DNA from: Candidatus Dojkabacteria bacterium
GTDB taxonomy: Bacteria > Patescibacteriota > Dojkabacteria > J137
Length of the DNA stretch: 64,000 bases
Assembly: GCA_040006935.1 (NCBI GenBank)
Contig: JBDTVZ010000002.1
Coordinates: 144,174 to 208,173, forward strand
Direction: 5' to 3'
Positions 19,242-30,537 of the stretch are shown piece by piece (within the stretch, counting starts at the first letter, position 1; each line of letters begins with the position of its first letter). The notes beneath the pieces are model-generated. The model made no database searches. It had not been told where the DNA came from and saw only the letters and a program-made list of their open reading frames with translations. A program made the translations under genes and the position numbers.

Positions 19242-20741
19242 TTAGCTTACAAATTTCTGATAGTTCTTTGTTGCTCGAAGTGAATCGTATTGTCTCTTAG
19301 TATCTAATAGCACTCCAACTAAAATCAAAACACTCGTTCCTCCAATTCCTGAAAGTAATGCTAAGCTTTGTTGAGTTGATGAAAGGACAAGGTATCTTCC
19401 AATTACTGGAATAATTGCAATAATTGCTAGCAAGAATGATCCGATAAAGCCTACTCTAATTAATACTGTTGTTAAATAATTCTCAGTTGATTTCCCTGGC
19501 CTTACTCCTGGAATGAAAGCTCCAGATTTTTGCAAGTTTTCCGAAGTTTCTTTTGGATTTAAAACTATAAATGCATAGAATAAACCAAATATAACTATTA
19601 AAGAGAAATAAACTACATCATATAGTATAGTTTTGTCTGTTATAACCTGCGACTGATTGGCGAATAAGAAACTATCTTTAAGAGATGCAATGAAATCGGT
19701 TGTTCCAACACTCTTCTCAATTAGAGGGATTATTAATTGTGGTAATGATAATAATGCATAAGCAAAGATCACTGGCATAACTCCTGTAACTGTAAATTTA
19801 ATTGGAAGATTCGATCCTCTGCCAATATCCGCTCCTCTAACTCTTCGTGCGTATTGAATTGGAAGCCTTCGTTGGGATTCATTTATAAATACAATTGCAC
19901 AAACAACGAAAATAAAGCCTATGATTGTTCCTATTATGGCCAGAGTTGATGGATTAGTTAAAGCAATGGAATTACCTTTTACAAGTTGGTTAAGAATATT
20001 CCCAACATCTAGTCTATCGAAATCTATTTTGATTAATGCTGGTAAACTGGATAAAATTCCAATCGAAATAACTACTGAAGATCCATTACCCATTCCCTTT
20101 TCTGTAACTATTTCGGAAAGCCACATTAGGAAAACTGTTCCCGCCGCTAAAATTAATGCCATAAAGAAAACTTTACTTAATGTTGGCCATGTTTCACCAT
20201 TAATTCGAGCAATAAGATACAATGGTGTTTCTTTCCCTTGGTTAAAATCTGTTTGGGAAATCAATCCAACATATGCAAGAGAGTAAATAAATGCTAATGG
20301 AAAAGTTATAAATCTTGTAATCTGGTTTATTGCTTGTTGGCCTCTTTCTCCTTCTTGTTGAAGGTTTTTTAATCTTTGAATTGCGTACGGAAGAATTTGC
20401 ATAATAATGGATGCATTAATGTAAGCTGCTAATCCTAAACCCACAATACTTGGGGTTTCTAATCTTCCTCCTGTAAATACTGTGAATAAATAGTTTACTT
20501 CGCTGATGCTCTTATTCTCAAAAAGTGATTTATAAGCAGTCATGTCTACTCCTGGAAGAGGAATTTGTGCTAAACCTCTGTAGATTACAACAATAAGAAG
20601 TGTTATTCCTATTCTTTGTAATATTTCTTTATTTGTAGCTACTTTCTTAATTGACTTGAATAGATTGAAATTTTTCAGGCTTGTTTTAACTTTAGAGAGA
20701 CTTCTTTTAGGAAGTGATTTAATATTTGAAAGTTTTGGCAT
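19242..20741 (-). CDS. secY: Preprotein translocase subunit SecY.
   Basis: The N-terminal region ...RIGITLLIVVIYRGLAQIPLPGVD matches the SecY TM1 consensus (…LL.RIG..IP.PGID). It is a 10-TM protein of 499 aa. Confidence 0.85.
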   Translation of the reverse strand: MPKLSNIKSLPKRSLSKVKTSLKNFNLFKSIKKVATNKEILQRIGITLLIVVIYRGLAQIPLPGVDMTAYKSLFENKSISEVNYLFTVFTGGRLETPSIVGLGLAAYINASIIMQILPYAIQRLKNLQQEGERGQQAINQITRFITFPLAFIYSLAYVGLISQTDFNQGKETPLYLIARINGETWPTLSKVFFMALILAAGTVFLMWLSEIVTEKGMGNGSSVVISIGILSSLPALIKIDFDRLDVGNILNQLVKGNSIALTNPSTLAIIGTIIGFIFVVCAIVFINESQRRLPIQYARRVRGADIGRGSNLPIKFTVTGVMPVIFAYALLSLPQLIIPLIEKSVGTTDFIASLKDSFLFANQSQVITDKTILYDVVYFSLIVIFGLFYAFIVLNPKETSENLQKSGAFIPGVRPGKSTENYLTTVLIRVGFIGSFLLAIIAIIPVIGRYLVLSSTQQSLALLSGIGGTSVLILVGVLLDTKRQYDSLRATKNYQKFVS

Positions 20742-20936
20742 ATTTTAGACTAAATTAGCTAAGTTGAAATCTGTTAAACAGACTGCATTAATTATACAAC
20801 AAAAAAGCTAATTCTTAGTTGATAATTGGAGATTAATTGGGAATTGAAGTTTAAAGGTAGAAAGTTACATGGTTTAAAAGTTGAATGAAAACATTCCAAC
20901 CTTACAACATTTTAACCTTCCCACTAATTAAAATTC

Positions 20937-21392
20937 TTAATTTGCTTCTTTTGTTACTGGAGCAACGTTTATAATCTTATCTTCACTTTCTCTATATATT
21001 AGAGCTTTTGTTGAGAAAATAATCACAGTATCTCCTTCTTGTGCATCTGCATAGAAAGTAGCATTTTGAGATTTAACTTCCTCAAGATTAGCAATAGTCG
21101 CTATTGTTGGACTTTCGTTTGGAACAAGAATAATTTTCTTGATTTTATCTGTTAATGCATTATATTTTGCTGTGTCTTGCGCTGTCTGATCAGTACCTGA
21201 AGTTGATGCAAGTGGTTCCATTCTAGGTTTTATTACAAAAAGATACACACCACCACCTACAATAACTACTATTAAAATTAGTATTATAAATTTATATAGT
21301 AAATCGTTTTTTTTCTCTATTCTCTTCTGTTTAAAGGGATCTTGAAGCGTATTCATAATATTAAATGTTAAAATAATTAATCTGCTAACCAA
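20937..21392 (-). CDS. Small membrane-anchored hypothetical protein. Its start overlaps the stop region of the third giant gene, and it sits between the giant-gene array and secY.
   Basis: It is 151 aa with a single TM (FIILILIVVIVGGGVYLFVI) and a hydrophilic C-terminal domain. There is a 16-nt overlap with 21377..25951. Confidence 0.5.
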   Translation of the reverse strand: MVSRLIILTFNIMNTLQDPFKQKRIEKKNDLLYKFIILILIVVIVGGGVYLFVIKPRMEPLASTSGTDQTAQDTAKYNALTDKIKKIILVPNESPTIATIANLEEVKSQNATFYADAQEGDTVIIFSTKALIYRESEDKIINVAPVTKEAN

Positions 21393-24300
21393 GTATAGCA
21401 GTAGTACTTTCCTATCTCAACAGGTGTTGTGAGGTTAATTTTAAATGAACTAGAACTAATTTCAGATACGTTTATCTTTTCTACAGAACTAAGATCTGAA
21501 CAATCTGAAGTCTTAGTAGGTGCTGTATCAGACTGACCTATGATTCCTACACTTACGAAAGGTTGATATGGATATTGTATAGGAAAACTAATTGTTTTGG
21601 ACAAAAGAGGGTAAGTTCCATCGGATTGCATATAACCCCATCCACTTATTTGGAACTGGTTTGGTTGGTCCACTTGATTATCTTTATCAAAACGTATTCT
21701 AGATATAACCAAACCATTTAAACTTCTCCATTCTTGTGATACAGAATCTCGGAATTCCAAGGTTTTAGAAATATCATTTATTCTAAAACCAATTTCATCA
21801 GTTGTAGATCCAAAAAGGATTTTCCCTTCAGATGAAACTTTTATGTAATTTAATCCATTTTTACTTTCAATATCTTTATTGACTTGTAAATTAGCTCCAT
21901 TTTCATCTACTTGATCAACACCGATACCAACTTTTGTATCAGCTAAACTAAATACATTATCGCCTTTTTGTTCCCATAAAAGTGATTGTGTAATTTGATT
22001 ACTATCCGCCAGATTTGTCCACTCTCCTTCCTTATTTTTAAATTGAACTTTTCCTGCTTCGTTTAATTTAAATCCTGCCTCTCCATTTTCACCAAGATTT
22101 ATTTGTACTTTATTATTTATTCCATCGTTGTTTCTAGTTATCATTACGCTTATGAAAGATATTCCCTCACCAGTATGTGGCTCTTGGGCTATTCCTATAT
22201 TGGTTTCTCCATCTTCAGCTTTTTTACCAACTCCTTCAATATCACTTGCAGTTATTTTATCTCCAATTGAAATATCGCCTTTAACTTTTACGGGAACTTG
22301 CCCCACCATACTCATTAATTTCCAATTAGGATCGTTATTGTTTACATCTTCAACGCTTGTAATATTTCCTACAAAACCAGGCGAAGTACTTATTACTCCA
22401 ACGATTGCTTTATCTCCTTCTTTTGCTTTTAGAATACTTTTAGATTCTGTTTCATCTAACTTAACAATATCTCCCGCTTCAATTGAAGTATCGTTTGTAT
22501 GCATATACTCTGCGTAATCAGCACCTACGCTAAACCATCCTCCTTGTTGACTTGTATATGCTCTACCCGTAGCATCGAATCTAAATAATTTTCCATCTGG
22601 TTGACTTGCCGTTGCTGGACCTGTACCTGTTTGGTTCGCAATATAAAATATATCCTCAGCTTTTGTTTGACCTAAGTCCAAAATATCTATGTCTGTCCTT
22701 GTTGAGGAATATGGTGCAACCTGACCTCCATATGTATAAAATTTACCATTGTATATACCATAAGCTGGCCCTTGACGACCAGTTCCTCCTGCTGGTAAAG
22801 CTTGAATCCAACTAGCTGTTTGTATATTGTAATAATATGATGCATTTAATAAAACTCCCGCTCCTGCATATCCTCCCCATAAATAAACCTTATCCTGATA
22901 TGCAAACAAAGTGGGTCCTGCAACAACACCTGTTGAAGGACCAGCACTCCAAGTAGCAGCCTGGATATCATATATTTCGAAAAGTGCTGAAAACCCTGAG
23001 CCTGGGATTGTCCCTCCAAGAACGTACATTTTACCATTCAATATGGTAGACCCCATTCCATATCTTGCAGTGCCTCCAGTTGTTCCAGTTGTCCATGTAT
23101 TTGCTCCGAAATCAAATATACTCATTGTATTAGTTACTGTAGGACAGGCTCCAGCACTATTACATCCTCCCCATAAGTACCACTTACCATTATAAACAAC
23201 TGATGAAGATCCAGATCGAGCAGTTCCTCCAGTTGTTCCTGCTGACCATGTATTAGTTGCTATATTGTAAATTTCCATTGTATTTAAAATACTTGCGCAT
23301 GCTGCTACATCACATCCTCCCCAAATATAAATTTGGGCATTATACAATGCAGACATATGTTCATAGTGTGTTACGCTGCTACTAGCTCCTGTAGACCAAG
23401 TATTACTTGCAATATTATAAATATACATAGTCTTGTCTCCTCCAGTTGCATCTCCTCCATAAACATAGAATTTACCTTGATATATCTCACCAGTTGGTGC
23501 ATTTAAAGTAGACGTTTGTGTTGCTCCCACAGTCCATGCTCTTGTTGTGTATTGAGTATTCTCATTTGTTAAATAAACTAATCCTAAAGGTTTTCCTGTT
23601 ATAGTCAAGACATTACTAGTATCCAATTTTAAACGCTCCTCTGAACCAACATTAATGCTTAGTACAGTATCTCTGATGCCTAGATCATAAATATCAGTTG
23701 TGCTTAAGATATTACTTCCAGCACTATCCAATCCATCTACTTCAAATATTTTTCCATTATATAAAGCTGCTACCTGAGCGTATCTAGCAGTACCTCCTGC
23801 TGTCCCTGTACTCCATGTGCCTAATGCCAAACTATATATATCTACAGTATTAACTCCTGATGAGGTAAAACCATGTACACTCAACATATTTCCATTACTT
23901 ATAAACAAGGAACCATTTCTTCTTGCTGTACCTCCTGCCGTGCCAGTGCTCCATGTGGCTGTTGGAATATCGTAAATGTCTAAAGTATTTGTTACTGCAG
24001 CAATAAAACCCCCGTAGTTATACATTTTTCCATTGTATATCACCGACGTTTGAGACCTTCTAGCAGTTCCTCCTGTAGTTCCAGTAGTCCAACTATTTGC
24101 TCCTATATCGTAAATATCTACAGAGTTTAAGTTAGTTGAGTTATTAGCAGAACCACCCCATATATAAATCTTTCCATTGTAAATAACAGAACTCGCTTGA
24201 CACCTTGCAGTACCTCCAGATGCGCCCGTACTCCAACTATTATTTGCAACATCGTAAATATCTACTACTGTGGTTGTAGATGTTAAGGCTGAGTTTGTGC

Positions 24301-25951
24301 AGCCAGTAACATAGTACATTTTCCCGTTATAAGTTTGACCTGTATGTGCCAGTCTAGCTGTACCTCCTGCTGTTGCAGTAGCCCAAGTGTTTGTTAATAA
24401 ATCATAAACATTCATTGTATTAACAATGGTTGATAATGCCGTATTTGTCGCACCACCCCAAATGTATAATTTAGAATTGTAAACTAAACCGATAGAGTAC
24501 GCTCTTCCGGTCCCTCCTCCAGCACCTATGCTCCAACTTGCAGCAACATTTGAAGAGAGATTTTTATTAATATTCAATCCTCTAAGTATATTTATATTAT
24601 TATAGCCATAGGCATCTATTTGACTACCTGTGATTGAATTTATACTGAGACCTTGAGAGCTAGTGATATTGCCATTGCCATAATAAGTTCCATTGCTATC
24701 AATCCCTACTCTTAAAGCATTGTTAATAAAGATTTTATCAAATTGCTGAGCAATAGTTGCACCATCACCTCCTATCTTACTGGCGATTTGCTCTACAACG
24801 GTCTGGCCTGTAGTCCAGCTTACTGCCGGAGAAACAGAAAGTTGAGTTGAAGTAGGAACTCCATCAATACGTGCGTAAGTTGTACCATTTACTAAAACTA
24901 AATTACCTACATCAAAATTTGTTGTTGAAGATACTACTAGGTTTTTTGTCGTTGTCCCAGTTCCTGAGGTTGTTGTTGATCCATTGCCCACCGTCAAAAG
25001 ACTTCTAACATCTCCTTTAAAATTACTAAGTCCATCCGCAGTAAGATTTAAAGCAATTGTTAATCCTCCGTCAGTTTTTAAAGTATTAGCAGCAGACCTA
25101 TATAAAGTCGCATCTCCTAATAGTAAACCTCCTGTAGCGCCTGTTTGGCTTAAAGCAAGCTGACCCGCATTATTCAATACAAATTTATCTGTACCCGAAC
25201 TTTGTAATTGAAGAATATTCCCTGAACCTTGTTGATTTACTCTAATTGCACCTGTAGAGCTTGGCGTACTTTGTATTGTGGTTGGGCTCAATTGAACAAA
25301 TCCATCTGTTGATGCACCACTCAAAGTTTGAGCGCTGAAAACCGTTGGGACGCTCATTAACCCAGTACGTGTGAAAGTTTCTATTCCCCCTGGTGGTGAT
25401 GCTAAAGTTGTCCATGCACCACTCGGATCAAAAGTAATTTCTAAAAATAGATCTGTTCTATCAAAATTTACTCCTGTAACGGAATCGGCATCTCCATTAT
25501 CATCAAATAATTGACAAAGAGTAGAAGAAGTAACTGTTGAAGCCCAGGAATGGGTTCCAGATGCAGATGCAACACAAACAGAATTAATTCTTAAGTCGAA
25601 CCTTCCTGCACCTGTGCCTATTTCTACATTTGTAAATAACTCTTCAAATAAAAGATTATTTCCTGCAGTTGCTGTTCCACCGCTTACAACATTCCAAATT
25701 CTAACTCTAAAATCGCAAGTATCTGCTCCAGCCGACACACATGCTGGACTTCCAGTTGCAGGTGCGAGTCCCGTAGTCTTGTTTGTGATTCTACTTTGAA
25801 AGTTAATAGTATTATTTATAGTTGCATGAACCTGATGAGTTGAGCTAAAGATAAACATTATAAAAACCACAGATAACAGACGACAGACGACAGATATTAT
25901 TCTTCTGTGATCTGTCTTCCGTATTCTGTTTTCTATTAATTTATAATTCAT
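21377..25951 (-). CDS. Giant membrane-anchored surface protein, paralogue 3 (1524 aa). It has a conserved N-terminal module, two six-bladed Kelch-like beta-propellers and a conserved C-terminal module.
   Basis: The ORF is uninterrupted. There is an N-terminal TM helix. Twelve blades repeat W(S/T)TGTAGGTAR….YNGK(I/M)Y(I/V)WGG…(L/V)DIYD. A linker FGIRDTVLSINVG lies between the propellers. The C-terminal roughly 450 aa is colinear with the other two paralogues (…KLFRFDATGRAYTSQQGGWFSVGADYAEYMHT…GVISTSPGFVGNITSVED…). Confidence 0.85.
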   Translation of the reverse strand: MNYKLIENRIRKTDHRRIISVVCRLLSVVFIMFIFSSTHQVHATINNTINFQSRITNKTTGLAPATGSPACVSAGADTCDFRVRIWNVVSGGTATAGNNLLFEELFTNVEIGTGAGRFDLRINSVCVASASGTHSWASTVTSSTLCQLFDDNGDADSVTGVNFDRTDLFLEITFDPSGAWTTLASPPGGIETFTRTGLMSVPTVFSAQTLSGASTDGFVQLSPTTIQSTPSSTGAIRVNQQGSGNILQLQSSGTDKFVLNNAGQLALSQTGATGGLLLGDATLYRSAANTLKTDGGLTIALNLTADGLSNFKGDVRSLLTVGNGSTTTSGTGTTTKNLVVSSTTNFDVGNLVLVNGTTYARIDGVPTSTQLSVSPAVSWTTGQTVVEQIASKIGGDGATIAQQFDKIFINNALRVGIDSNGTYYGNGNITSSQGLSINSITGSQIDAYGYNNINILRGLNINKNLSSNVAASWSIGAGGGTGRAYSIGLVYNSKLYIWGGATNTALSTIVNTMNVYDLLTNTWATATAGGTARLAHTGQTYNGKMYYVTGCTNSALTSTTTVVDIYDVANNSWSTGASGGTARCQASSVIYNGKIYIWGGSANNSTNLNSVDIYDIGANSWTTGTTGGTARRSQTSVIYNGKMYNYGGFIAAVTNTLDIYDIPTATWSTGTAGGTARRNGSLFISNGNMLSVHGFTSSGVNTVDIYSLALGTWSTGTAGGTARYAQVAALYNGKIFEVDGLDSAGSNILSTTDIYDLGIRDTVLSINVGSEERLKLDTSNVLTITGKPLGLVYLTNENTQYTTRAWTVGATQTSTLNAPTGEIYQGKFYVYGGDATGGDKTMYIYNIASNTWSTGASSSVTHYEHMSALYNAQIYIWGGCDVAACASILNTMEIYNIATNTWSAGTTGGTARSGSSSVVYNGKWYLWGGCNSAGACPTVTNTMSIFDFGANTWTTGTTGGTARYGMGSTILNGKMYVLGGTIPGSGFSALFEIYDIQAATWSAGPSTGVVAGPTLFAYQDKVYLWGGYAGAGVLLNASYYYNIQTASWIQALPAGGTGRQGPAYGIYNGKFYTYGGQVAPYSSTRTDIDILDLGQTKAEDIFYIANQTGTGPATASQPDGKLFRFDATGRAYTSQQGGWFSVGADYAEYMHTNDTSIEAGDIVKLDETESKSILKAKEGDKAIVGVISTSPGFVGNITSVEDVNNNDPNWKLMSMVGQVPVKVKGDISIGDKITASDIEGVGKKAEDGETNIGIAQEPHTGEGISFISVMITRNNDGINNKVQINLGENGEAGFKLNEAGKVQFKNKEGEWTNLADSNQITQSLLWEQKGDNVFSLADTKVGIGVDQVDENGANLQVNKDIESKNGLNYIKVSSEGKILFGSTTDEIGFRINDISKTLEFRDSVSQEWRSLNGLVISRIRFDKDNQVDQPNQFQISGWGYMQSDGTYPLLSKTISFPIQYPYQPFVSVGIIGQSDTAPTKTSDCSDLSSVEKINVSEISSSSFKINLTTPVEIGKYYCYTWLAD

Positions 25952-25956
25952 AATTT

Positions 25957-28900
25957 CTAATTACCTAGAGCTCTCCAAGTGTAACAGTAATACTTACTCC
26001 CCAAGGAGGGCTGATCGGTTCTTATATTTAAATTAAATTTAGTTGTGTCTATAGAATAAGGTGTTATTGTGACAATAGACTCATCAAATATACAACTACT
26101 CAAATTTGCTGGCTCTGTTGTTGAAGATCCAGAAATATCTGTAATTACAACAGGAATACTTCCATAGTTCTTTCCAAACCCTATTGATTTCACTAAGGAT
26201 GTAGTATTATCTCCTTTAATATATCCCCAACCGCTCACTTGTTCAACGTTTTTAATTTCAGTATTAGACCCATCAGGATTAACTTTAGAATTAGATATAA
26301 CTAATCCAGATAACTTTTTCCATTCTTGAGTTATAGAGTCTTTAAATTCTAAGGAATTATCATTAGAATTTAATCTAAATCCAATATCTGAAGAATTGAA
26401 AGTTATACTTCCCTCGCTTGCAGATATTTTTACATATTTTAAACCATCTTTAATTTCAATATCTCCTGCTATCTGTAACTTACTTCCATCCAGATTCTCT
26501 TCTGGTACTCCAATACTTGTTACTCCATTGTTATTATCATATATATTATCTCCAATTTTTTTCCAAATTACACTAGTATCCACACTAATCTGCTGATCAA
26601 TATTTTTCCAATCTTCTTCTTTATCTTTATATTGCAATTTACCTTCATTGCTTAGTCTGAAACCAGCCTCACCTTCTGTTCCTAAGTTTATTTGAACTTT
26701 ATTATTTATTCCCGAATTATTTCTAGTTATTAATACACTTATTCCTCCTATACTTTCTCCATCAAATGATTCTTGAGCTATTCCAATATTATCTTCTCCC
26801 TCCTCTACTCTCATACCAATCCCTGCCTGGCTACTGATTCCAATTCTATCTCCTACTTTTATAGGACCATTTTCCCTGCTTACTTTCACTGGAACTTGTC
26901 CTACCATGCTTAATAACTTCATATCGGCTCTTTGTCTGTTTATATCTTCCACTGAGGTTATGTTTCCTACAAAACCAGGATCTGTACTTATCACACCTAT
27001 TACCTCATCTCCTTTGCTTGCTTTTGATATACTTTTTCCGTCCGACAAATCTAATTTAACAATATCACCTGCTTGTATATTTGTGTCCGAAGTGTGCATA
27101 TACTCAGCATAGTCAGCTCCAACGCTAAACCAACCTCCCTGAGAACTTGTATAAGCTCTTCCAGTCGCATCAAATCTAAACAATTTAGAATCTCCACCTC
27201 CAACTCCTTGTTGATTTGCAATGTAAAAGATATCTTCTGTTTTTGAGATTCCAAAGTCATAAATATCCATTGTATTAAGTTGTGTTCCACCACCTGTATT
27301 CAGTCCCCCCCATCCATAAAGCTTAGCATTCCACATTATTGTAAATTGACCATACCTCGCAGTACCCCCTGCTGTTCCAACACTCCAAACATTTCTTTCT
27401 ATGTCATAAACATCCATTGCTGTCGATGCTGCAGTTGTAAATCCAGCCCAAGAAATCAATTTCCCATTATATTCGACAAGTTGTCCTAGGTATCTTGCAT
27501 TCCCTCCTGCTGTTCCTGTTGTCCATGAGTTTGTTACCAGATCATAAATATCCACTGTATTTGTTGCGGCTGCAATAAAACCTCCAAAATTATACATTCT
27601 GTTTTTATATAAGACTGCACTATGCCATCTTCTAGCTGTTCCCCCTGCCGTTCCTGTACTCCAGCTATTTGCAACTGGATCATAAATATCTACTGTATTT
27701 ATATTTACAGTACCATTAATTCCTCCCCATATATAAATTTTGGCATTCCAGAGTACAGCAGATGCCCCACCTCTTGCGGTTCCCCCTCCTGTCCCTGTAC
27801 TCCATGTATCTGTTGCTATATCGTAAATATCTACAGCATTAGTTACAGATGAAGATGCTATGTTTAGTGTTCCCATAATAATATATATTTTCCCATCGTA
27901 TATAGTTGCAGATGCAGCCCACCTTCCAGTGCCTCCAGCTGTTCCTGTGCTCCAGGTACTAGTTTTAAGGTCAAAAATATCTAAAGTATTATAATAAGCT
28001 GTACAGCCCGTGGTTGTACAACCTCCCCAAATATACATCTTGTCATTGTACTCTACCGTTACTCCATAGTTTCTAGCTGTTCCTCCCGTTGTTCCTGTTG
28101 TCCATCCAGGAGCAGTATATTGACTTCCTTCTTTTGATATATACTGTAAGCCTAATGATTTTGAAGAGAGAGTTATTACATTATTTTGGTCAATATTTAA
28201 CCTTTGCTGATCGCCTACATTCACTTGCAAAACTGTATCTTTAATTCCAAAGTCATAAATATCCATTGTATTTATTGCTCCTGATGCGTCTCCTCCCCAG
28301 TTATACCACTGGTTATTAAACACAGCACTTGCTGGATGTATTCTCGCCGTACCACCTGCTGTTCCTGTACTCCAACTATCTAATGCAAAATCATAAATAC
28401 TTAATGAATTTAGTGCAGAACCATTAGTTCCTCCCCATCCATACATTTTATTATCAAATACCGTAGCTACATGATCTTGTCTTGCGGCACCTCCAGCTGT
28501 TCCTGTTGCCCATGAATTAGCTGAGAAATCATAAATATCCATTGAATTTACTACACCACCATTATTTCCTGCCCAGACATACATTTTGTCATTATAGACA
28601 ATAGCTGTATGTTGAAACCTTGCAATTCCACCCGTTGTCCCTGTTGTCCATGAATTAGCTGCGAAATCATAAATATCCATTGTGTTTGAAACACTGCCGG
28701 TAGATCCACCCCAGATATACCATTTATTATTATAAACAACTCCACTAGCTGCATCTTTCGCAGTACCTCCTGTTGCCCCTGTACTCCAGGTACCAAGTTT
28801 TAAATCATAAATATCCACAGTATTTATTCTCGTTCCTCCACTATTAAAACCACCCCATGCATACATTTTATCGTTAAAAACTGTTGCTACATGGTATCTT

Positions 28901-30537
28901 CTAGCAGTACCTCCTGCTGTTCCTGTTGTCCAAATTTTTGATGAGAAGTTATAAATATCTAAAGAATTGATCACGGATCCTGTAGAACCTCCCCATACAT
29001 AAAGATTTCCGTTATAGGTAACTGCTGTATGTGAGTGCCTTGCTACACCGCCAGTTGTTCCTGTACTCCAGCTTCCAGCTACATTAGAATACTCTGCTTT
29101 ATTTATAATTAAACCTTTGGTTGTATTTAAACCTACAGTGGCCGAACTCCCCATATTTAAACTATTTGTTCCAGTATCAATAGCAAAAGGATTTGTTTTT
29201 CCTCCACCAATAGATTGGTCTCCATAGGTGGTAGAATTTGTACTAGAACCTACTCGCAATCCATTGTTTGTAAACATTCTGTCGTAAAGTAAAGCTACAT
29301 TTGTTCCATTTCCTCCTATGTCTGGAGCTGTATATTCAACTACTGTTTGACCATTAGACCAGCTAACCGCTGGGTTCACTGTGAGTGCTGTACTACTTTC
29401 TACTTTAGTTATAATTGCATAAGTAGAACCATTTATAAGAACTAGATTGCCTACATCAAAATTAGTTGTACTTGAAACTACTAGAGTAGTTACACTGCTA
29501 CCCGTTCCAGTTGCAGTTGTGCTTCCATTTGAAACAGTCGTAATTGCTTTTAGGTTTCCTTTAAATTCTGAATAACCTAGCACTGAGAATTCTGTACTAT
29601 TAGTCCCATCTACAATTAAGTTATCATCAGTTTTTAATACATTAGTTGTTGAATTATATAAATTCACATCTCCACCAATTACTAAACCTCCTGTAGCCCC
29701 AGTTTGAGCAAGAGCCAATTGGCCTGCATTACTCAAAACGAATTTATCGGAACCCGCTTGTTGTAATTGAATAACGTTGCCACTTCCTGTTTGATTAACT
29801 CTGATTGCTCCTGAAGAGCTGGAAGTGCTTTGAACTGCACTAGGATTAAGTTGAACAAATCCTGTTTCATCGAGTCCATTAATTGTTTTAGTTGCATAAG
29901 CTGAAGGAACGGAAGTTAAATTAGTCCTTGTAAATATTTCTATTCCTCCTGGTGGAGAAGCTAGAGTAGTCCATGCACCGCTAGGATCAAAAGTTACTTC
30001 CAAATATAGATCGGTCCTTGCAAAATCAATCCCTGTAGTTGTATCGGTATCTGCATTATCATCAAATAAATTGCAAACAGTTGCAGATGCACCTGTAGTC
30101 CCCCACTGATGTGTTGAGCTGGAAGTAGCTCCACACACTGAGTTTATAGATAAAGTAAAGATTCCATTTCCATCACCTAATTCAACATTATTAAATAATT
30201 CTTCATACATTAAGTTGTTACCCGCAGTTGCTGTTCCTCCACTTACTAAGTTCCAAATCCTCACTCTAAAATCACAAGTATCTGCACCAGAAACTACACA
30301 AGTAGGTGGGGTACCAGAAGTAATATTTAAAAGTGTTGATTTCACAATCATCTTTGTTTGGAAATTAATTACATTATTAATTGCCGCATGGATCTGATTT
30401 GTTGAGATTAAGTTTAGAGTTATGATTGTTAACAACACAAAGATCATAGATAACAGATGACAGATGACAGACCTTATCAATCTATTATCTGCAATCTGTG
30501 ACTTATTTTTTATTCTTTCATTTCTTAATTCTTTCAT
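25957..30537 (-). CDS. Giant membrane-anchored surface protein, paralogue 2 (1526 aa), with the same architecture as 21377..25951.
   Basis: The ORF is uninterrupted and lies 5 nt from its neighbour. It has the same N-terminal (CDFRVRIWN..SGGTATAGNNL) and C-terminal (GWFSVGADYAEYMHT) modules and 12 Kelch-like blades. Confidence 0.85.
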   Translation of the reverse strand: MKELRNERIKNKSQIADNRLIRSVICHLLSMIFVLLTIITLNLISTNQIHAAINNVINFQTKMIVKSTLLNITSGTPPTCVVSGADTCDFRVRIWNLVSGGTATAGNNLMYEELFNNVELGDGNGIFTLSINSVCGATSSSTHQWGTTGASATVCNLFDDNADTDTTTGIDFARTDLYLEVTFDPSGAWTTLASPPGGIEIFTRTNLTSVPSAYATKTINGLDETGFVQLNPSAVQSTSSSSGAIRVNQTGSGNVIQLQQAGSDKFVLSNAGQLALAQTGATGGLVIGGDVNLYNSTTNVLKTDDNLIVDGTNSTEFSVLGYSEFKGNLKAITTVSNGSTTATGTGSSVTTLVVSSTTNFDVGNLVLINGSTYAIITKVESSTALTVNPAVSWSNGQTVVEYTAPDIGGNGTNVALLYDRMFTNNGLRVGSSTNSTTYGDQSIGGGKTNPFAIDTGTNSLNMGSSATVGLNTTKGLIINKAEYSNVAGSWSTGTTGGVARHSHTAVTYNGNLYVWGGSTGSVINSLDIYNFSSKIWTTGTAGGTARRYHVATVFNDKMYAWGGFNSGGTRINTVDIYDLKLGTWSTGATGGTAKDAASGVVYNNKWYIWGGSTGSVSNTMDIYDFAANSWTTGTTGGIARFQHTAIVYNDKMYVWAGNNGGVVNSMDIYDFSANSWATGTAGGAARQDHVATVFDNKMYGWGGTNGSALNSLSIYDFALDSWSTGTAGGTARIHPASAVFNNQWYNWGGDASGAINTMDIYDFGIKDTVLQVNVGDQQRLNIDQNNVITLSSKSLGLQYISKEGSQYTAPGWTTGTTGGTARNYGVTVEYNDKMYIWGGCTTTGCTAYYNTLDIFDLKTSTWSTGTAGGTGRWAASATIYDGKIYIIMGTLNIASSSVTNAVDIYDIATDTWSTGTGGGTARGGASAVLWNAKIYIWGGINGTVNINTVDIYDPVANSWSTGTAGGTARRWHSAVLYKNRMYNFGGFIAAATNTVDIYDLVTNSWTTGTAGGNARYLGQLVEYNGKLISWAGFTTAASTAMDVYDIERNVWSVGTAGGTARYGQFTIMWNAKLYGWGGLNTGGGTQLNTMDIYDFGISKTEDIFYIANQQGVGGGDSKLFRFDATGRAYTSSQGGWFSVGADYAEYMHTSDTNIQAGDIVKLDLSDGKSISKASKGDEVIGVISTDPGFVGNITSVEDINRQRADMKLLSMVGQVPVKVSRENGPIKVGDRIGISSQAGIGMRVEEGEDNIGIAQESFDGESIGGISVLITRNNSGINNKVQINLGTEGEAGFRLSNEGKLQYKDKEEDWKNIDQQISVDTSVIWKKIGDNIYDNNNGVTSIGVPEENLDGSKLQIAGDIEIKDGLKYVKISASEGSITFNSSDIGFRLNSNDNSLEFKDSITQEWKKLSGLVISNSKVNPDGSNTEIKNVEQVSGWGYIKGDNTTSLVKSIGFGKNYGSIPVVITDISGSSTTEPANLSSCIFDESIVTITPYSIDTTKFNLNIRTDQPSLGSKYYCYTWRALGN

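Noticed and set aside
21377-25951. Assigning the conserved C-terminal module of the giant proteins to the phage tail-fibre intramolecular chaperone (peptidase S74) or another named family.
   Set aside because: I could not place the Ser-Lys dyad context or any other diagnostic motif. The resemblance is only architectural, so the module is reported as unknown.
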